Source: Eledone cirrhosa (lineage: Eukaryota). Taken from it: a stretch of DNA of 64,000 nt. Both the position numbers and the translations under genes were made by a program. A model generated the notes under the pieces. That model did not search any database. It had not been told where the DNA came from and saw only the letters and a program-made list of their open reading frames with translations. The stretch covers positions 11,036,001 to 11,100,000 of the forward strand of contig OZ024750.1 in the NCBI GenBank assembly GCA_964016885.1, written 5' to 3'. Each line of letters begins with the position of its first letter. Within the stretch, counting starts at the first letter, position 1. This document shows positions 1 to 13,765 of the stretch, in pieces.

Positions 1-1069
1 AACAAAAAGATTGATAACAAACATCAATTAGTTTCATACAAGAGTGTATATCAGGAAATAAATATTTAAAATATAATAACGAAAACGCAATTCCTTTCAG
101 TTAAGCTGTGCAACTGAAATTATTTCCTGTGTGTAATTTAATCTACATCACCCCCGATGACTGGTATTGTATATCTTATTTCAAGGATTATGTATTTGCC
201 TCCATTAGCTTCAGATGGCGCCACTGTTTTCTACGATAGTGATATTGCTTGGAAGCTGTAATACTTCTTTTCTATCTTTTATACAATTATTTCCTCTCAA
301 TGAGCATAAACTAGCTACACTTTCTCAACTGTGATCCTATAATATAATGAAAATAAACAATAATATAAATATAAATGCATTATATTTCATTTGTATTTTG
401 AAATAACTTTGAACTCATAGCCATATGTGTACTGAATTAAAGGTTTTATGAAAAAAAGAAACTATGGTTGAAATTTGTTCTTCATCTCCATCTTATTCAT
501 TATATTTATTGTTGATACGAAAAATCTCACGTGATTCACTCTCTCTTTTTCACAAAGAAATCCTTGCTTAACTTCATTTATATTCTAAAGTTTTCTTCCA
601 TAGTTTATCCCCCTTACTTTCCCTTTCTCCCACTCTCTCGATTAATATGTGTACGTCTCTGCCATATTACAATAATTTTCGCTTCTGTACACAATTTTCT
701 GTTAAACGTTTTAATCTAAGTTTCCCATTTATACCTAAGGATCAGATGATCAGATTTTTTTTATCGCCTGTCCTGTTTTATTTTTTTACTACACGAAATA
801 TATTAGAGAATATAAAAACACAATATTTATATTAATTCTTTAAGCTAAAAAATACACGTCCCTTAAATTTTCTCTTTCACATTTCAATAATTCGTTATAT
901 TTTAGAAACATATCAGTAAAAATATTCCTACAGATATGTTGTGCACTAAAACATGGGTGTGTAAACCTCTGATAATGATGAAGTACATTAAACCAATTGT
1001 CAAACCGATGAGAAACATTCATATGCAAAAGATGTTTATATGCATAAAGTATTCATTATTTAGTCCTAA

Positions 1070-1260
1070 GGGCGGTGGATTGGAAGTATCGGTAGAGGGT
1101 CTGACGCCATGCTTTGCAGCAAAGAGTTACGACCCTTTATGACGTGAGTTCAAATCCCGCCGAGGTTAACTTTGCCTTTCATCCTTACGCGGTCGATAAA
1201 ATAAAGCAACAGTAATACACTGGGATCATTGCTGGCCTTGTGCCAAATGTAGAAACAATT
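1070..1260 (+). mobile_element. tRNA-derived SINE, family S1 (full length)
   Basis: A-box-like TGGAAGTATCGG and B box GAGTTCAAATCC, then core GCCGAGGTTAACTTTGCCTTTCATCCTTAC (recalls the Meta SINE domain). TSD ATTATTTAGTCCTAAG at 1055-1070 and 1258-1273. Confidence 0.92.
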
Positions 1261-1579
1261 ATTTAGTCCTAAGAACTATAACATATATTGAAACTGAAAA
1301 TAATGTCTAATTGTAAATCTACTCAAGGTAGAGTTGATGTGCAAGTCCTGATTTTAATTTCATAATATCTAACAAAATATTTGCAGTGAACTCACAAATG
1401 AGAAGAAAGCAACACCTTAATTTCCAATCATTTTAATTATGTCTATTAATGTTCCTAATTCTAATCGTAAAGAAGTCGAATTTATTTTTCTCTTTACTTT
1501 CATTTTGTTACGAAAATTTACAACAAAGGATTTTACCTCCAATCATACCCTTCCACACGAAATAAAAAAAAATGAAAAT

Positions 1580-1720
1580 GTCTAATTTAAGCACAACATC
1601 AATAATTTTGGGGAGAGAAGGTGGATTACATTGATACTATTATTTGATTTTATACATTATTTTGTTGACTCTGAAAAGATGAAAGGCGACTTTAACCTGT
1701 GCTAGATGTCAACACAAAAC
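1580..1720 (-). mobile_element. old diverged SINE related to S1
   Basis: Degenerate match to the S1 core (TGACTCTGAAAAGATGAAAGGC) and tail. Confidence 0.55.
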
Positions 1721-2799
1721 GTAAAGAGCAGTTATCAAATGCCTCAAAGCATTTTAGGGTTGATGTTCTAATGAGATTGCCAATCCTAAAACCCTCTATG
1801 AAGACGAAGCTGAGGTCTGAAAATATTCCATCATAGCTATGTTCAATATAACTTAGCTTGAGGCTAAACAACAAAACCATATACTAAGATAACAATGATG
1901 TTGTGTAATTGTATATTATACACCTGTTGGTTAATGTCAAAAGCCGCGAATGACTTTGAATGAAATATTTAAATTGGAAACAATTCTTATCTTCATTGAA
2001 TAGGTTCTCCTCGGCGTTTAGGTATTTAGGTATTTTCTTGGTTTTTTTTCCCAAACACGCTAATAATAGACATCAAATGTTAAAGATGCAAACAATTTCA
2101 TTGTTTTCATTGTTTTCATCTAAATATGTGTTCATGTATTCAATCTTGTATGGACTCTGTTCTAATGTTGATAATAAGAGCAGTGTATAAAGGCCTGCTG
2201 TACATATTGCGGAAAAGCTTCACATCATTGGTTTACGCGTCAGATTATTGTGACCAAAGCGAGTACCACATTGCAGACTGGACACCTGTCCCTTAATAAC
2301 GCTTAATAACCCTTAATAACCCTTAATATTCCCTGTGCCTTACGTGGGACTGTTTTTAACTATAGTTTCTATATTGATATATTGACAGTGTTTAAAAACA
2401 CTCAAAAAGATACATTTAATTTGAAATCGAAATTCCATAGTTTTTGGTTCATATTTTCCGATATGGATAAATACGTATTAAAAATGTATCTTATACTTAG
2501 TATTTAAACATTTTTCTCCATTACTTCAATGCTAATAAAAAAATATATTTAAAACAAAATTAAGATTAGAAAACAATAAGTCAAAATATATTGGAGAAAA
2601 GTGCCGAACAAGTAATATTGGTTGGAAAGATATGTTGCAATGACGCTACAATAATGAAAAAAAATCTCTCAGAGTTGGAGAATGTTAGTAGATTAAATGA
2701 TTAGAGTAAACAATAACTGTAGACACAATTACACAAAAAGAAAATAGTTTGTAAATTTTGCATATTATGCACATTTTACGAACTGAAATTATTCAACAT

Positions 2800-2874
2800 A
2801 CACACACATATATATATATGCATACTTACATGCATACATATACACATAATCACACATGCACACACCCACATGTA

Positions 2875-2938
<64 letters not shown>

Positions 2939-3068
2939 CATACACACATACATATATAGAGACAGATAGCTATACGTATGTACATACATATACATACATA
3001 CATATACATACATGTGTGCGTGTGCTTTATGTGTGAGTATGTGAATATGTGTATCTATGCATATATGT

Positions 3069-3126
<58 letters not shown>
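2800..3126. repeat. compound (TA)n/(CA)n microsatellite
   Basis: Direct observation. Confidence 0.95.
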
Positions 3127-3127
<1 letters not shown>

Positions 3128-3256
3128 TCACGTACCAAAATTCAGAACGGTTGAAGGAAAGCTCACAAAACAAGGTTAACAAGAACAGTTCCTGGCTCTG
3201 GAAATAGAATAAAAAAAACTGTTTGGCGTTTCGAGCTTAAGCTCTCTTTTCACAAA
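3127..3256 (-). mobile_element. PLE-like 3' terminus with decayed HHR (3221-3256)
   Basis: Minus strand ttt-GTGAAAA-ga-GAGC-ttaa-GCTC-GAAA-cgcc-aaa. Runs into a microsatellite; its 5' side is cut by a SINE. Confidence 0.5.
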
Positions 3257-3446
3257 TAATTGTTTCTACTTTAGGCACAAGACCAGCAATTTCCCATTGT
3301 ATTACTGGTACTTTATTTTATCGACCCCGTAAGGATGAAAGGCAAAGTTAACCTCGGCGGGATTTGAACTCAGAATGGCAAGGGCCGTAACTCTATGCGT
3401 CAAAGCATGGCGTCCGACCCTCTACCGATACTGCCAATTCACCGCC
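3257..3446 (-). mobile_element. SINE S1
   Basis: Full-length reverse copy. Confidence 0.92.
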
Positions 3447-3616
3447 AAATAATGATCAAGAGGCATACATCGATTAGTCATATATGAAACACTACCAAAT
3501 ACAGAAATTATTTCTTTTAATCAATAATGTGTATAATAACGTATCATCATACGTGATATTTATAAACATACATTCTTGAGATTCATTATGTATATTGATA
3601 TAGATTCATTGTGAGA

Positions 3617-3937
<321 letters not shown>

Positions 3938-4493
3938 GGAGAACCCCTACTGATGCGCTGAACGAGTGTGACTTTTTAGTCCAGCCAGCGACTTGAAAAC
4001 TCTGGTACAAACAATACACTTGTGACAATTACTGACACATAGTGCTGGGCCCATGGTACCATGTGACAAGTGCAGAGAGATCTCCAGATATAAAGCAATG
4101 CCTGTGCCGTGAAGCTTTTATAGTGAGCAAAGGCACTGCACAAAGCCAGTCCCACTCTCTTAACCAAGATGATATTTACCAAAAAGAAGAACAAGTCAAC
4201 ATCATTGGATACCATCAGAGTTGCAGGTGTTATATCAGAGTTTTCCTTCTCCTAGAATTCTGCCTTGACAAAGGCTAAGGGGTCATCTCTCCCGGTGATT
4301 TTGGATGGCCATTGACTCTTAAGAGCTCCTTTGCCCTTTGACAGGTTTTGTTTTTAGTCCTGCAGGATGTCCAAAGTCACCCTCCTCACCAAGAAACCTT
4401 GGTGGGGTTGCCAGTTTAGTCGCCAACGACCCGACCATGAGACAGGTTGTATTGGGATACATGTTACCAGTAGCACCAACTGGTGACCTGACA
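3938..4493 (-). mobile_element. RTE-LINE 5'-UTR-derived insertion between TA tracts
   Basis: GC-richer 550 bp block. Minus-strand TTAGCCTTTGTCAAGGCAGAATTCTAGGAGAAGGAAAACTCTG resembles the conserved RTE 5'-UTR motif (from recall). Confidence 0.55.
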
Positions 4494-4501
4494 TAATATA
4501 T

Positions 4502-4532
<31 letters not shown>

Positions 4533-4604
4533 CATACATATATATATATATATATACGTATGTATATATATATATTATATATATATATATACATACATAC
4601 ATAT

Positions 4605-4635
<31 letters not shown>

Positions 4636-4637
4636 CA

Positions 4638-4709
<72 letters not shown>

Positions 4710-4945
4710 TACACATACATACACATATACATACATATATATATACATACATACAGACATATATACATAAATATACATACATATACATACATATACATAC
4801 ATATATACATATGCATACATATATACATTCATATTTAGATATATATTGTACACTAAAATATATACATGTGTGTGTATGTGAGTGTGTGTGTGTGTGTGTG
4901 TGAGTGTGTGAGTGTGTGTGAGTGTGTGTGAGTGTATGTGAGTCA
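4494..4945. repeat. (TA)/(TACA)/(TG) microsatellite
   Basis: Direct observation. Confidence 0.95.
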
Positions 4946-5525
4946 TAAGAGTCTCTAAACATACATTTGTTATATTTAAAATATTTATGAACAGGCTGTT
5001 ACACCAACAGCTGGCTGTAAGCATTATTACTAAACACAATTAAACCTTCTTTGTGGTTGAATGTAGATTATTATACTAAGTTACTACAGATTGAAATGTC
5101 AAGATATCTGATCCAGGAAATATCAATACATGATATGGGAAATACAGTTAATCAGAATAAAAGCATATTAAACACATTTGATTATTTCTATCTTCCTTGA
5201 AAGCGTATTTTATCTAAGTTATCGCCATTACATCTTCCTATATATTTTTAAAATCAATCTCTTTCATTCTATTTTATTGTATTTTATTTTTATGTCCTGG
5301 TTTACAAATTATTCCAATTCTAATCTTCGAAATGATTTCAGAAGTTGTTCACACTGTGTACATCAAATACGTTTGTACGTTAGACGATCAGATTTGCATA
5401 TGATTTCATCTTTAGTATTGTTTATCCTGGTTTCAACACTAAACCAACAGAACGGTGACAAAAGACATTCACACCGCCTATGCCATTTGTTGTTTATATA
5501 CATACGTACATACATAAACACACAC

Positions 5526-5604
<79 letters not shown>

Positions 5605-5608
<4 letters not shown>

Positions 5609-5836
5609 ATAATAATAAATGCGAAGATTAAAGTCCAAAGAGGGTTCGATAAGGACAAATATATATCAAATATATGAGAACCCTAGAGCTAATATTTATT
5701 AAAATAACAGATTAAAGTTAAGTTTAAGCAAAGAATCGCTGCTTTCACCCTTAACGAGATCTGAGTTTCAGAAGATCCTGTTAAGGGTGAAAGCAGCCAT
5801 TCTTTGCTTAAACTTTAATCTGTTATTTTAATAAAT
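5605..5836. mobile_element. palindromic HHR-bearing element, family A copy 1
   Basis: Arms 5694-5762 and 5773-5836, spacer GAGTTTCAGA, about 90 nt tail, flanked by (TA)n. Second copy at 63654-63969. Confidence 0.85.
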
Positions 5837-5864
5837 TATATATATATATATAATGGAATGCAGA

Positions 5865-5920
<56 letters not shown>

Positions 5921-5923
<3 letters not shown>

Positions 5924-6037
5924 CGAAGGAGATGTGGTAAGGAACCAGATGGACCATAACGCACCAAAGTACTCAATACTTAGTCCAGAATTAGCCGGCG
6001 AAACGGCTTGAGCTCAGCCGTCGGGGTCCTACTCGTT

Positions 6038-6041
<4 letters not shown>
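5921..6041. mobile_element. family B element (tail joined to one arm; half HHR)
   Basis: Matches 29344-29404 fused to the right arm of the 29.4 kb palindrome; lies within (TA)n. Confidence 0.85.
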
Positions 6042-6092
<51 letters not shown>

Positions 6093-7163
6093 AACTCTGC
6101 ATTCCATTATTCATCATATACTACTTTGATTAGTGGTCTTTCCGCTCTTAGCACCGCTGGCATTCCATATATATGTATATACATGCCAGAGACTGTATAT
6201 ATATCTTCTTTTATTAACCTAAGGACACTTGAATATCTAATTCCCTCTCTTCTAAATCATTAAATTGATGAATGCAAATATAACATTATACACAGATGCA
6301 TACACAAATACAAACAAGCATTCATGTAGTGTCATATATGCATTCGTTCATATATGCATACACATGTATACTATATGTGCGTATACTGATATATGTGAGT
6401 TTATGGTGCGGCTTATATTACATTGAGCTAAATGCAACATTTACTTTCTTTTGACATTGAGCCTTCTGGAAACCGAAAGCTAAATATCTTTATTATCTTT
6501 CAATTATGATAATAGAGTCCATTTTAGTGTGATCGCATATTCATGTTTCAGCGAATGGTTATTTAATACGATAAATCAAATGAAATGCCTTTTATTTATT
6601 GTAACTTTAATGAACGAAAGAAAAGAATGAGATTCCGTTGATAACACAACATCGTGTTCAATAACGTTGTGTAACGTTGTATTAGCATTCACCATGTGTT
6701 CAAATCTGCGCATCAGCTGTATGACTTAACACTAGATCTAAGCCGAATAAAATATGTATGTGTAATGCTCATACATAGAGCAATGTCATTATCATTAACC
6801 TACGTATTTCTATAATATAATAAATATACATATTGTGCATAAAGCCGATGAAATCGATACAAACCAAATCGGGATACACGAAAAGAATTGTAAAAATCAG
6901 AAATTAAATTATAGATGTTCATGAATGTAGAGAATTAGTCCGTCAGTAATTTCCTGAAAAATTAGCATACACCAATCAAGCATTTTACGGTGATCAGATT
7001 AAATTTGAAATCTGTCCAATTTCTTGTCAAATATATCGACACAGCTTGCAATGAATCAAACATGGTATCCATTAATATTTTTCAGATTTCACATACACAC
7101 AAACATACACACGTATGTTAAATATGTTAAATATCAATCTTTTTATCGCTCTCGCTATCTCTC

Positions 7164-7243
<80 letters not shown>

Positions 7244-7305
7244 GGATGGATACATACATGAGTGTATGCAATTATATATATATATATATGTACATGCATG
7301 CAACC

Positions 7306-7404
<99 letters not shown>

Positions 7405-7953
7405 TATATATACACATATATTACATCCATCCATACATATATGCAAGCATGCATAGAAAAATACATATATAGATACATACATATATAGAGAGAGACATAC
7501 ATACATGTATAGAAACATACATAAATATATAGTCTATTTAGCTAGCAATAGTTATAGCCACGTGTATGAGAAACTGCGTATGTTACTTTCAAAGAGAATA
7601 TGTGTAAGCACATTTCCCTATATCAAACATAGCATTGAGATTTCCTATATAACACATCTCCGGAATAACATTGTTTAATCACTATCTACTCTTTCAGTTC
7701 AAATGCACTCATCACCTACATTTCTTTACACTCGATCTGAATCGAAAGAAATATAGGTCTGTAATACTCATATCTGTTTAATTAACTCTAACATAGGTTA
7801 TTCTATAGTAATTATAATTATTGTGTCTAATGCTGAAATCAATAGAAATCAAATATATGAAGAAGAAAATCTGAATACACGGAGAGTAATATAGAAATTA
7901 GAAATCATTACATAAATATAGAGCTCCTGCATTAATAATTTCGTTATAAATTA

Positions 7954-8027
<74 letters not shown>

Positions 8028-8030
8028 GTT

Positions 8031-8073
<43 letters not shown>

Positions 8074-8229
8074 ACCATGTCTTTTTCAACAATCGGATTA
8101 AACTGGAAATCTATCCACTTTCCTGTCATGTATATCAGAACAGCTTGCAAAGGATCAGGCATAACGATTTCCATTAAGATTCCAAGTTGTCACACACACA
8201 TATCTATCTATCTCTATATATAATTATGC

Positions 8230-8271
<42 letters not shown>

Positions 8272-8274
8272 ATA

Positions 8275-8309
<35 letters not shown>

Positions 8310-8362
8310 GAATATAATTATGCATGTGTGTGAATATATATATATATATAAATAATTATGCA

Positions 8363-8406
<44 letters not shown>

Positions 8407-8606
8407 TATAATTATGCATATATATGTCTGTGTGTATAGATACACATATATATATTTACTCTTCCTCTCTGCATGCTAAAATATGGGTTGCTGTAATTTA
8501 GAAATCACTTTTGTGGCCGATGGAAATAAATTGCATGTTAGTCGATGAGATTAATCAAGAGAGAAAAGGAAAAGAGGAAAAGAAAGAAGCAAAGCTTAGG
8601 AATTAG

Positions 8607-8646
<40 letters not shown>

Positions 8647-9061
8647 TAATGTGAACAATTATTCAAGATGTAAATTGGAAGCCGGAGGGCGGAACACTTT
8701 TATATCAAGAGATAACTTAGACGTTGTGTAATTATACAGATCTGTCAATATAAATTTCATGACAGGAGGGAAAGATCACCACCGTTTTATTAATGAAGTT
8801 GATGCATTTACTGCTAGTGTCAATATCGTGCAAACTTTTAGAAGAATTATGCTTAATTTTGCTGACCTATATGTTAATTTTGGATATAAAGAACGTCAAA
8901 ATATTGTGATAATCATTAATGTCAGTTGGTAATATAAACAACATTAGCTAATCAGAAGAAATGAGTCGCTAATCAGAAGAAAGGAGGTAGGTGGAAGGTA
9001 AAAGACAAACTCGATATCTTTAATTCGCTATTTGTCTTATCAAGAAGAAGACGACGGGGTG

Positions 9062-9258
9062 GAGGAGGAGGAAGAGAAGGAGGAGAAGAAGAAGAAGAAA
9101 GAGAAGAAGGAGAAGAAGAAGAAAGAGAAGGAGAAGAAGAAAGGAGGAGGAGACGAGAAGGAGGAGAAGAGAAGGAGAGAAGGAGAAGGAGAAGAAGAAG
9201 AAGAAGAAGAAGAAGAAGAAGAAGAAGAAGAAGAAGAAGAAGAAGAAGAAGAAGAAGA
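9062..9258. repeat. (GAA/GGA)n microsatellite
   Basis: Direct observation. Confidence 0.95.
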
Positions 9259-9363
9259 CTAACATAATCAGCTCACTTCATCAAGAATCAAAAATGCTTC
9301 AACATGGTCGCTTAAGACTAACAATATCAAATATATCTCTTTCAAACCATGCTACATCCCATT

Positions 9364-9469
9364 CGCCGAGGTTAACTTTGCCTTTCATCCTTACGGGGGT
9401 CGATAAAATAAAGTACCAGTAATACACTGGGATAATTGCTGGCCTTGTGCCAAACGTAGAAACAATTAT
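9364..9469 (+). mobile_element. SINE S1, 5' truncated
   Basis: Core and tail match S1. Confidence 0.9.
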
Positions 9470-9721
9470 AAAAGAATAACATTTACATTAGTGTCTCTAT
9501 TATATAAAAGAATGGTACCAGCTTTATTTGAATATCCATATATACCAGAATATTCATATATATAGGTAGGGACTCTAGCACTTGGTCTAAACCTAAATAA
9601 CCTAATTCTTATAATATTTCATAATATTTTAACAACACAACAGAGACCGCGAATGAAATAGTTGATATTTCAGGTGTTGAGTGGCTTTTATTTCGTCACT
9701 TAACGTTTGTTTTTGTATACC

Positions 9722-10056
9722 GTGAGAGAAAGGGTGAGTGAGTGAGTGAGAGAAAGAGTGAGTGAGTGAGAGAAAGAGTGAGTGAGTGAGAGAAAGAGTG
9801 AGTGAGTGAGAGACAGAGTGAGTGAGTGAGTGAGTGAGTGGGTGAGTGAGTGGGTGAGTGAGAGTGTGTGTGTGTGTGTTTGCCTGTAAGTGTTTGTATA
9901 CCGTATGTAGCTGTGTGCGCGTGTATGTTTGTGTAAGTGTTTGTGTCTGTATGTGTTTGTATACCGTATGTAGCTGTGTGTGTGTGTTTGTTTGTGTAAA
10001 TGTTTGTGTGTGTTTGTATACTTTGTGGGTGTGTCTGTATGTGTGTGTGTGTGTGA
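9722..10056. repeat. (GAGT)n/(GT)n compound repeat
   Basis: Direct observation. Confidence 0.9.
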
Positions 10057-10546
10057 ATGTACCCTCGATTCTAATCTATATGTTGTTTGTTTATTAGAAT
10101 TCCTATATCTATTACAATAAAATAACCAAACGTCTGCATCCGCAGCCATTTATTAAGCATTGCACCTGTTGCAAAGTACAGCTATATTTCATTGAGAAAA
10201 AGCAAATACATTACAAGATTTGAAGCTAATTCTGGCATTTTGAAAATTGATGTTTCCTTAATATATTATACGACGAAGCATGACAGATTTGTAATTTAAG
10301 ATTAGATATGTTAACAGATGCTCACCTTCAAAGATATTGACCTATGCGCATGCTCGATTAACAGGGCAATAAAATCGATGCTTTAAAAAGTAATCAATAT
10401 ATTGAAATTACTATGTTTACATGACCGTGCTGATTAGAGAGAAAGACAGTTCTGTCGTCCAGTGGTGGCTAATGTTGACAACACGTTATTATGAGTAACA
10501 TATCAGAATTACAGAAGGAACATTTGCAGGTTATTTTGTATCAAGA

Positions 10547-11090
10547 GGGCGGTGGATTGGCAGTATCGGTAGAGGGTCGGACGCCATGCTTTCCAGCATA
10601 GTTACGTCCCTTTACGATCTGAGTTCAAATCCCGCCGAGGTTGACTTTGCCTTTCATCCTTACGGGGTCGATAAAATAAAGTACCAGTAATGTACTGGGT
10701 AGTTGCTGGCCTTGTGCCAAAAGTAGAAACAATTATTATGCCAGGGGATTGACAGTATCGTTAGAGGGTCGTACGCCATGCTTTGCAGCATAGAGTTACG
10801 GCCCTTTACGTTCTGAGTTCAAATCCGGCCGAGGTTAACTTTGCCTTTCATCTTTACGAGGTCGATAAAATAAAGTACCAGTCACACACTGGGGTCGATT
10901 TAATCGACTTTCCCCTCCCCAAAATTGCTGGCCTTGTGGCAAATATAGAAACCATTATTATGGCAGTGGATTGGCAGTATTGGTAGAGGGTTGGACGTTT
11001 TACTTTGTAGCATAGAGTTACGGCCCTTTACGGTGCGTGTTCAAATCCCGCCGAGACTAACTTTGCCAACAGTAGAAACAATTATTATTA
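10547..11090 (+). mobile_element. three head-to-tail SINE S1 copies
   Basis: Copies at about 10547-10738, 10745-10960 (long-tail variant) and 10961-11090 (internal deletion). Confidence 0.92.
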
Positions 11091-11744
11091 TTTACATTTA
11101 CCAAATATAATTTAACCATCATTTTATATCATTTTACAAATCTAATTAACTTACTCAGCAGAACGTAGGTTTACTTTGCAAATTGAAAAAAGTAATTATT
11201 TAGTTGAGAATATCCCTGAATTCAAGCATTCTCGAAATTATCCCACTCTTTAAAACAAATAGGAGATTATAATAGCAATTTAGAAAAAAATTTGGATTAT
11301 TAAATTCAGATATATAAATATTACATGCTAACTACGCCTACAGAATATGAAGAAAACGTTAAAAGAAAAACGTAAATAGAACACAAAAAAATTAAACAAA
11401 TTACTTACAATGATTTCTTTCCTCTATTCTAAGGTGAAATATATATTTCTATTATTCTAATTCTTGACAGTTGCATTGAAACAATGTCTTTGGTTTAATG
11501 TTATGTCAACACTTGGAATTAGAGAAGAAATATTGAAGTGGAATGATTTACACACGAATGCAGATTTCTACAAAATGCCATTAACGCATACACCAACGGT
11601 TTTTAAAATCCATTATCAATAAATACACCAGGATTTTTTCATTCTGATGATTGAAGGCACATTTTGTTTGCTTTCAAGAAACCACTGATAAATGAAATAA
11701 TTATCTTATGTTGTTTATTACATAACTATATATATATACACACA

Positions 11745-11825
11745 CAGAGTGCGGCAAAATGATCTGACACATTTATTCTATTTCGCTTTTATTAAACGTA
11801 CAAATGTGTGAGATCATTTTGCCGC

Positions 11826-11831
<6 letters not shown>
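11745..11831. mobile_element. Tc1/mariner-type MITE (about 87 bp)
   Basis: TIRs AGAGTGCGGCAAAATGATCTGACACATTT / AAATGTGTGAGATCATTTTGCCGCACCCT in a TA/CA context. Confidence 0.75.
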
Positions 11832-11878
<47 letters not shown>

Positions 11879-11881
<3 letters not shown>

Positions 11882-12739
11882 AACCTCAGACCCCCACTTA
11901 ACAACCGGGCTGAGAGAAATGAGCTGACATGGCTAACTTAACCATAGTGACCATTCACAGCCCTTACGGCCTGCTATTTTCACACACGTATATGCATACC
12001 CAGACGCACACACACACATCTATATTTATACACGCACACATGTTTTTACAACCTACCACCTTTCACACCCTTTGATTTCCAGCTTCTACAGCCCACTATC
12101 TTTCACACACACACGCACTCACACATATACACACACATTTACACACACATATATACCCATACGCATACACACACACATCTATATTTATACACGCACACAT
12201 GTTTTACAACCTACCACCTTTCACACCCTTTGATTTCCAGCTTCTACAGCCCACTATCTTTCACACACACACACACTCACACATATACACACTTACACAT
12301 ATACACACACAGTTACACACACATATATATATTTACACACACATATTTTACGGCTTTCACACGCTAGCGCACCCTCTTGATTTAACCCATTTGGTCAGTA
12401 GCTTTTGCCACAGCCTATCACGCGCACGCGCATTCTTTCCCTCATTTAAATTTTAAAAAATTTTTCTCCCCATAACGGCATTCCTGTTTTAACGACATCA
12501 CAACTTTCTCCGCTTTAGCCTGTTCCCCCCCCCCCCCCCCTTTTGGAACTTTCCCCCGTTGATGGGCGTGAGCCCGAAATATTGGGATTAAATCTCCACT
12601 ACGGTAACCCTTCTACCTTTGTTTTGTTTTCATCTTTGTCTCTCTCAATTTTCACTTTCTCCTATTTCTCCTATCTATCATTCACTTCCTACCTCGAGAT
12701 TTCCCTCTGCATTGTTGTGGCTTTCTAAACTACGTATTT

Positions 12740-12740
<1 letters not shown>
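11879..12740 (+). mobile_element. Penelope-like element 3' fragment with decayed HHR (12552-12587)
   Basis: Begins KNLRPPLNNRAERNELTWLT* (GIY-YIG C-terminal L.P.LN motif). Internal duplication of about 155 bp. TCCC-CCGTTGA-t-GGGC-gtga-GCCC-GAAA-tatt-GGGA. Flanked by (TA)n on both sides. Confidence 0.7.
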
Positions 12741-12835
<95 letters not shown>

Positions 12836-12993
12836 GTGTGTGTATGTGTGTGTTTATCCCAGGTTCAATCGGGCTAACCATAATAAGTAAGGTACTCAAT
12901 GCATAGCAGTGTATAAATATTTAATATAGAAATGGCTTCTACAGGACTAGAACTGTTACATTCGGGAGAAAGGGGTTCCTGGTGATTTCTTCC

Positions 12994-13042
<49 letters not shown>

Positions 13043-13043
<1 letters not shown>

Positions 13044-13220
13044 AAAAGGTAAACAGAAATAATACAATCGGTACAGTATATGGAAGGAATATATTAGGTT
13101 AACGCTTCAAATAGCAGGAAGAGGCTCTTAACGTTTCGGACGCTAGTCCTTTATCAGAACAAAGAATGAGAAATTAGATAGATTGAAGGGACGGGTGGGG
13201 TGGAATTGGAAAACATTTTT
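13043..13220 (-). mobile_element. PLE terminus family H with HHR (13127-13160)
   Basis: Minus strand CTGATAA-a-GGAC-tagc-GTCC-GAAA-cgtt-aag. Homologous to 58571-58745 and 19750-19878. Confidence 0.8.
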
Positions 13221-13584
13221 ATATGCGTAGGTATGTAAATCTGCATATGCATATATATAAATATATATATACATACATACATACATTCTAGTATTTATTT
13301 AAAATGCCTGTTTTGATTGTAAAACCTCGCATATTTCAGCATATATCATCCAGTGAATTCTGAAACAGGATCTATTTTTATTTACTCACTATTGTATTTC
13401 CCGAAGGGGTCTTGCGTTTTAAATTTTTATATTGCAAACATTCGCTTCTCCTTCGCTGGTTAAGAGCAACACATCTGCTCTCGTTGATCACCTCCTGTAT
13501 ATTCTTTTCCAATATATTTGGATGATAATTTCTGTGGGTAGCTGTATTTTATCAAGTTTTCCTTCCATGTAAACTTAGTTATTA

Positions 13585-13765
13585 ATAATTGTTTCTACTT
13601 TTGGCACAAGGCCAGCAATTACTCAGTACATTACTGGTACTTTATTTTATCGACCTCGTAAGGATGAAAGGCAAAGTTAACCTTGGCGGGATTTGAACTC
13701 AGATCGCAAAGGGACGTAACTATGATGGAAAGCATGTCAGACCCTCTACCAATTCTGTCAATCCA
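13585..13765 (-). mobile_element. SINE S1
   Basis: Reverse copy. Confidence 0.9.
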
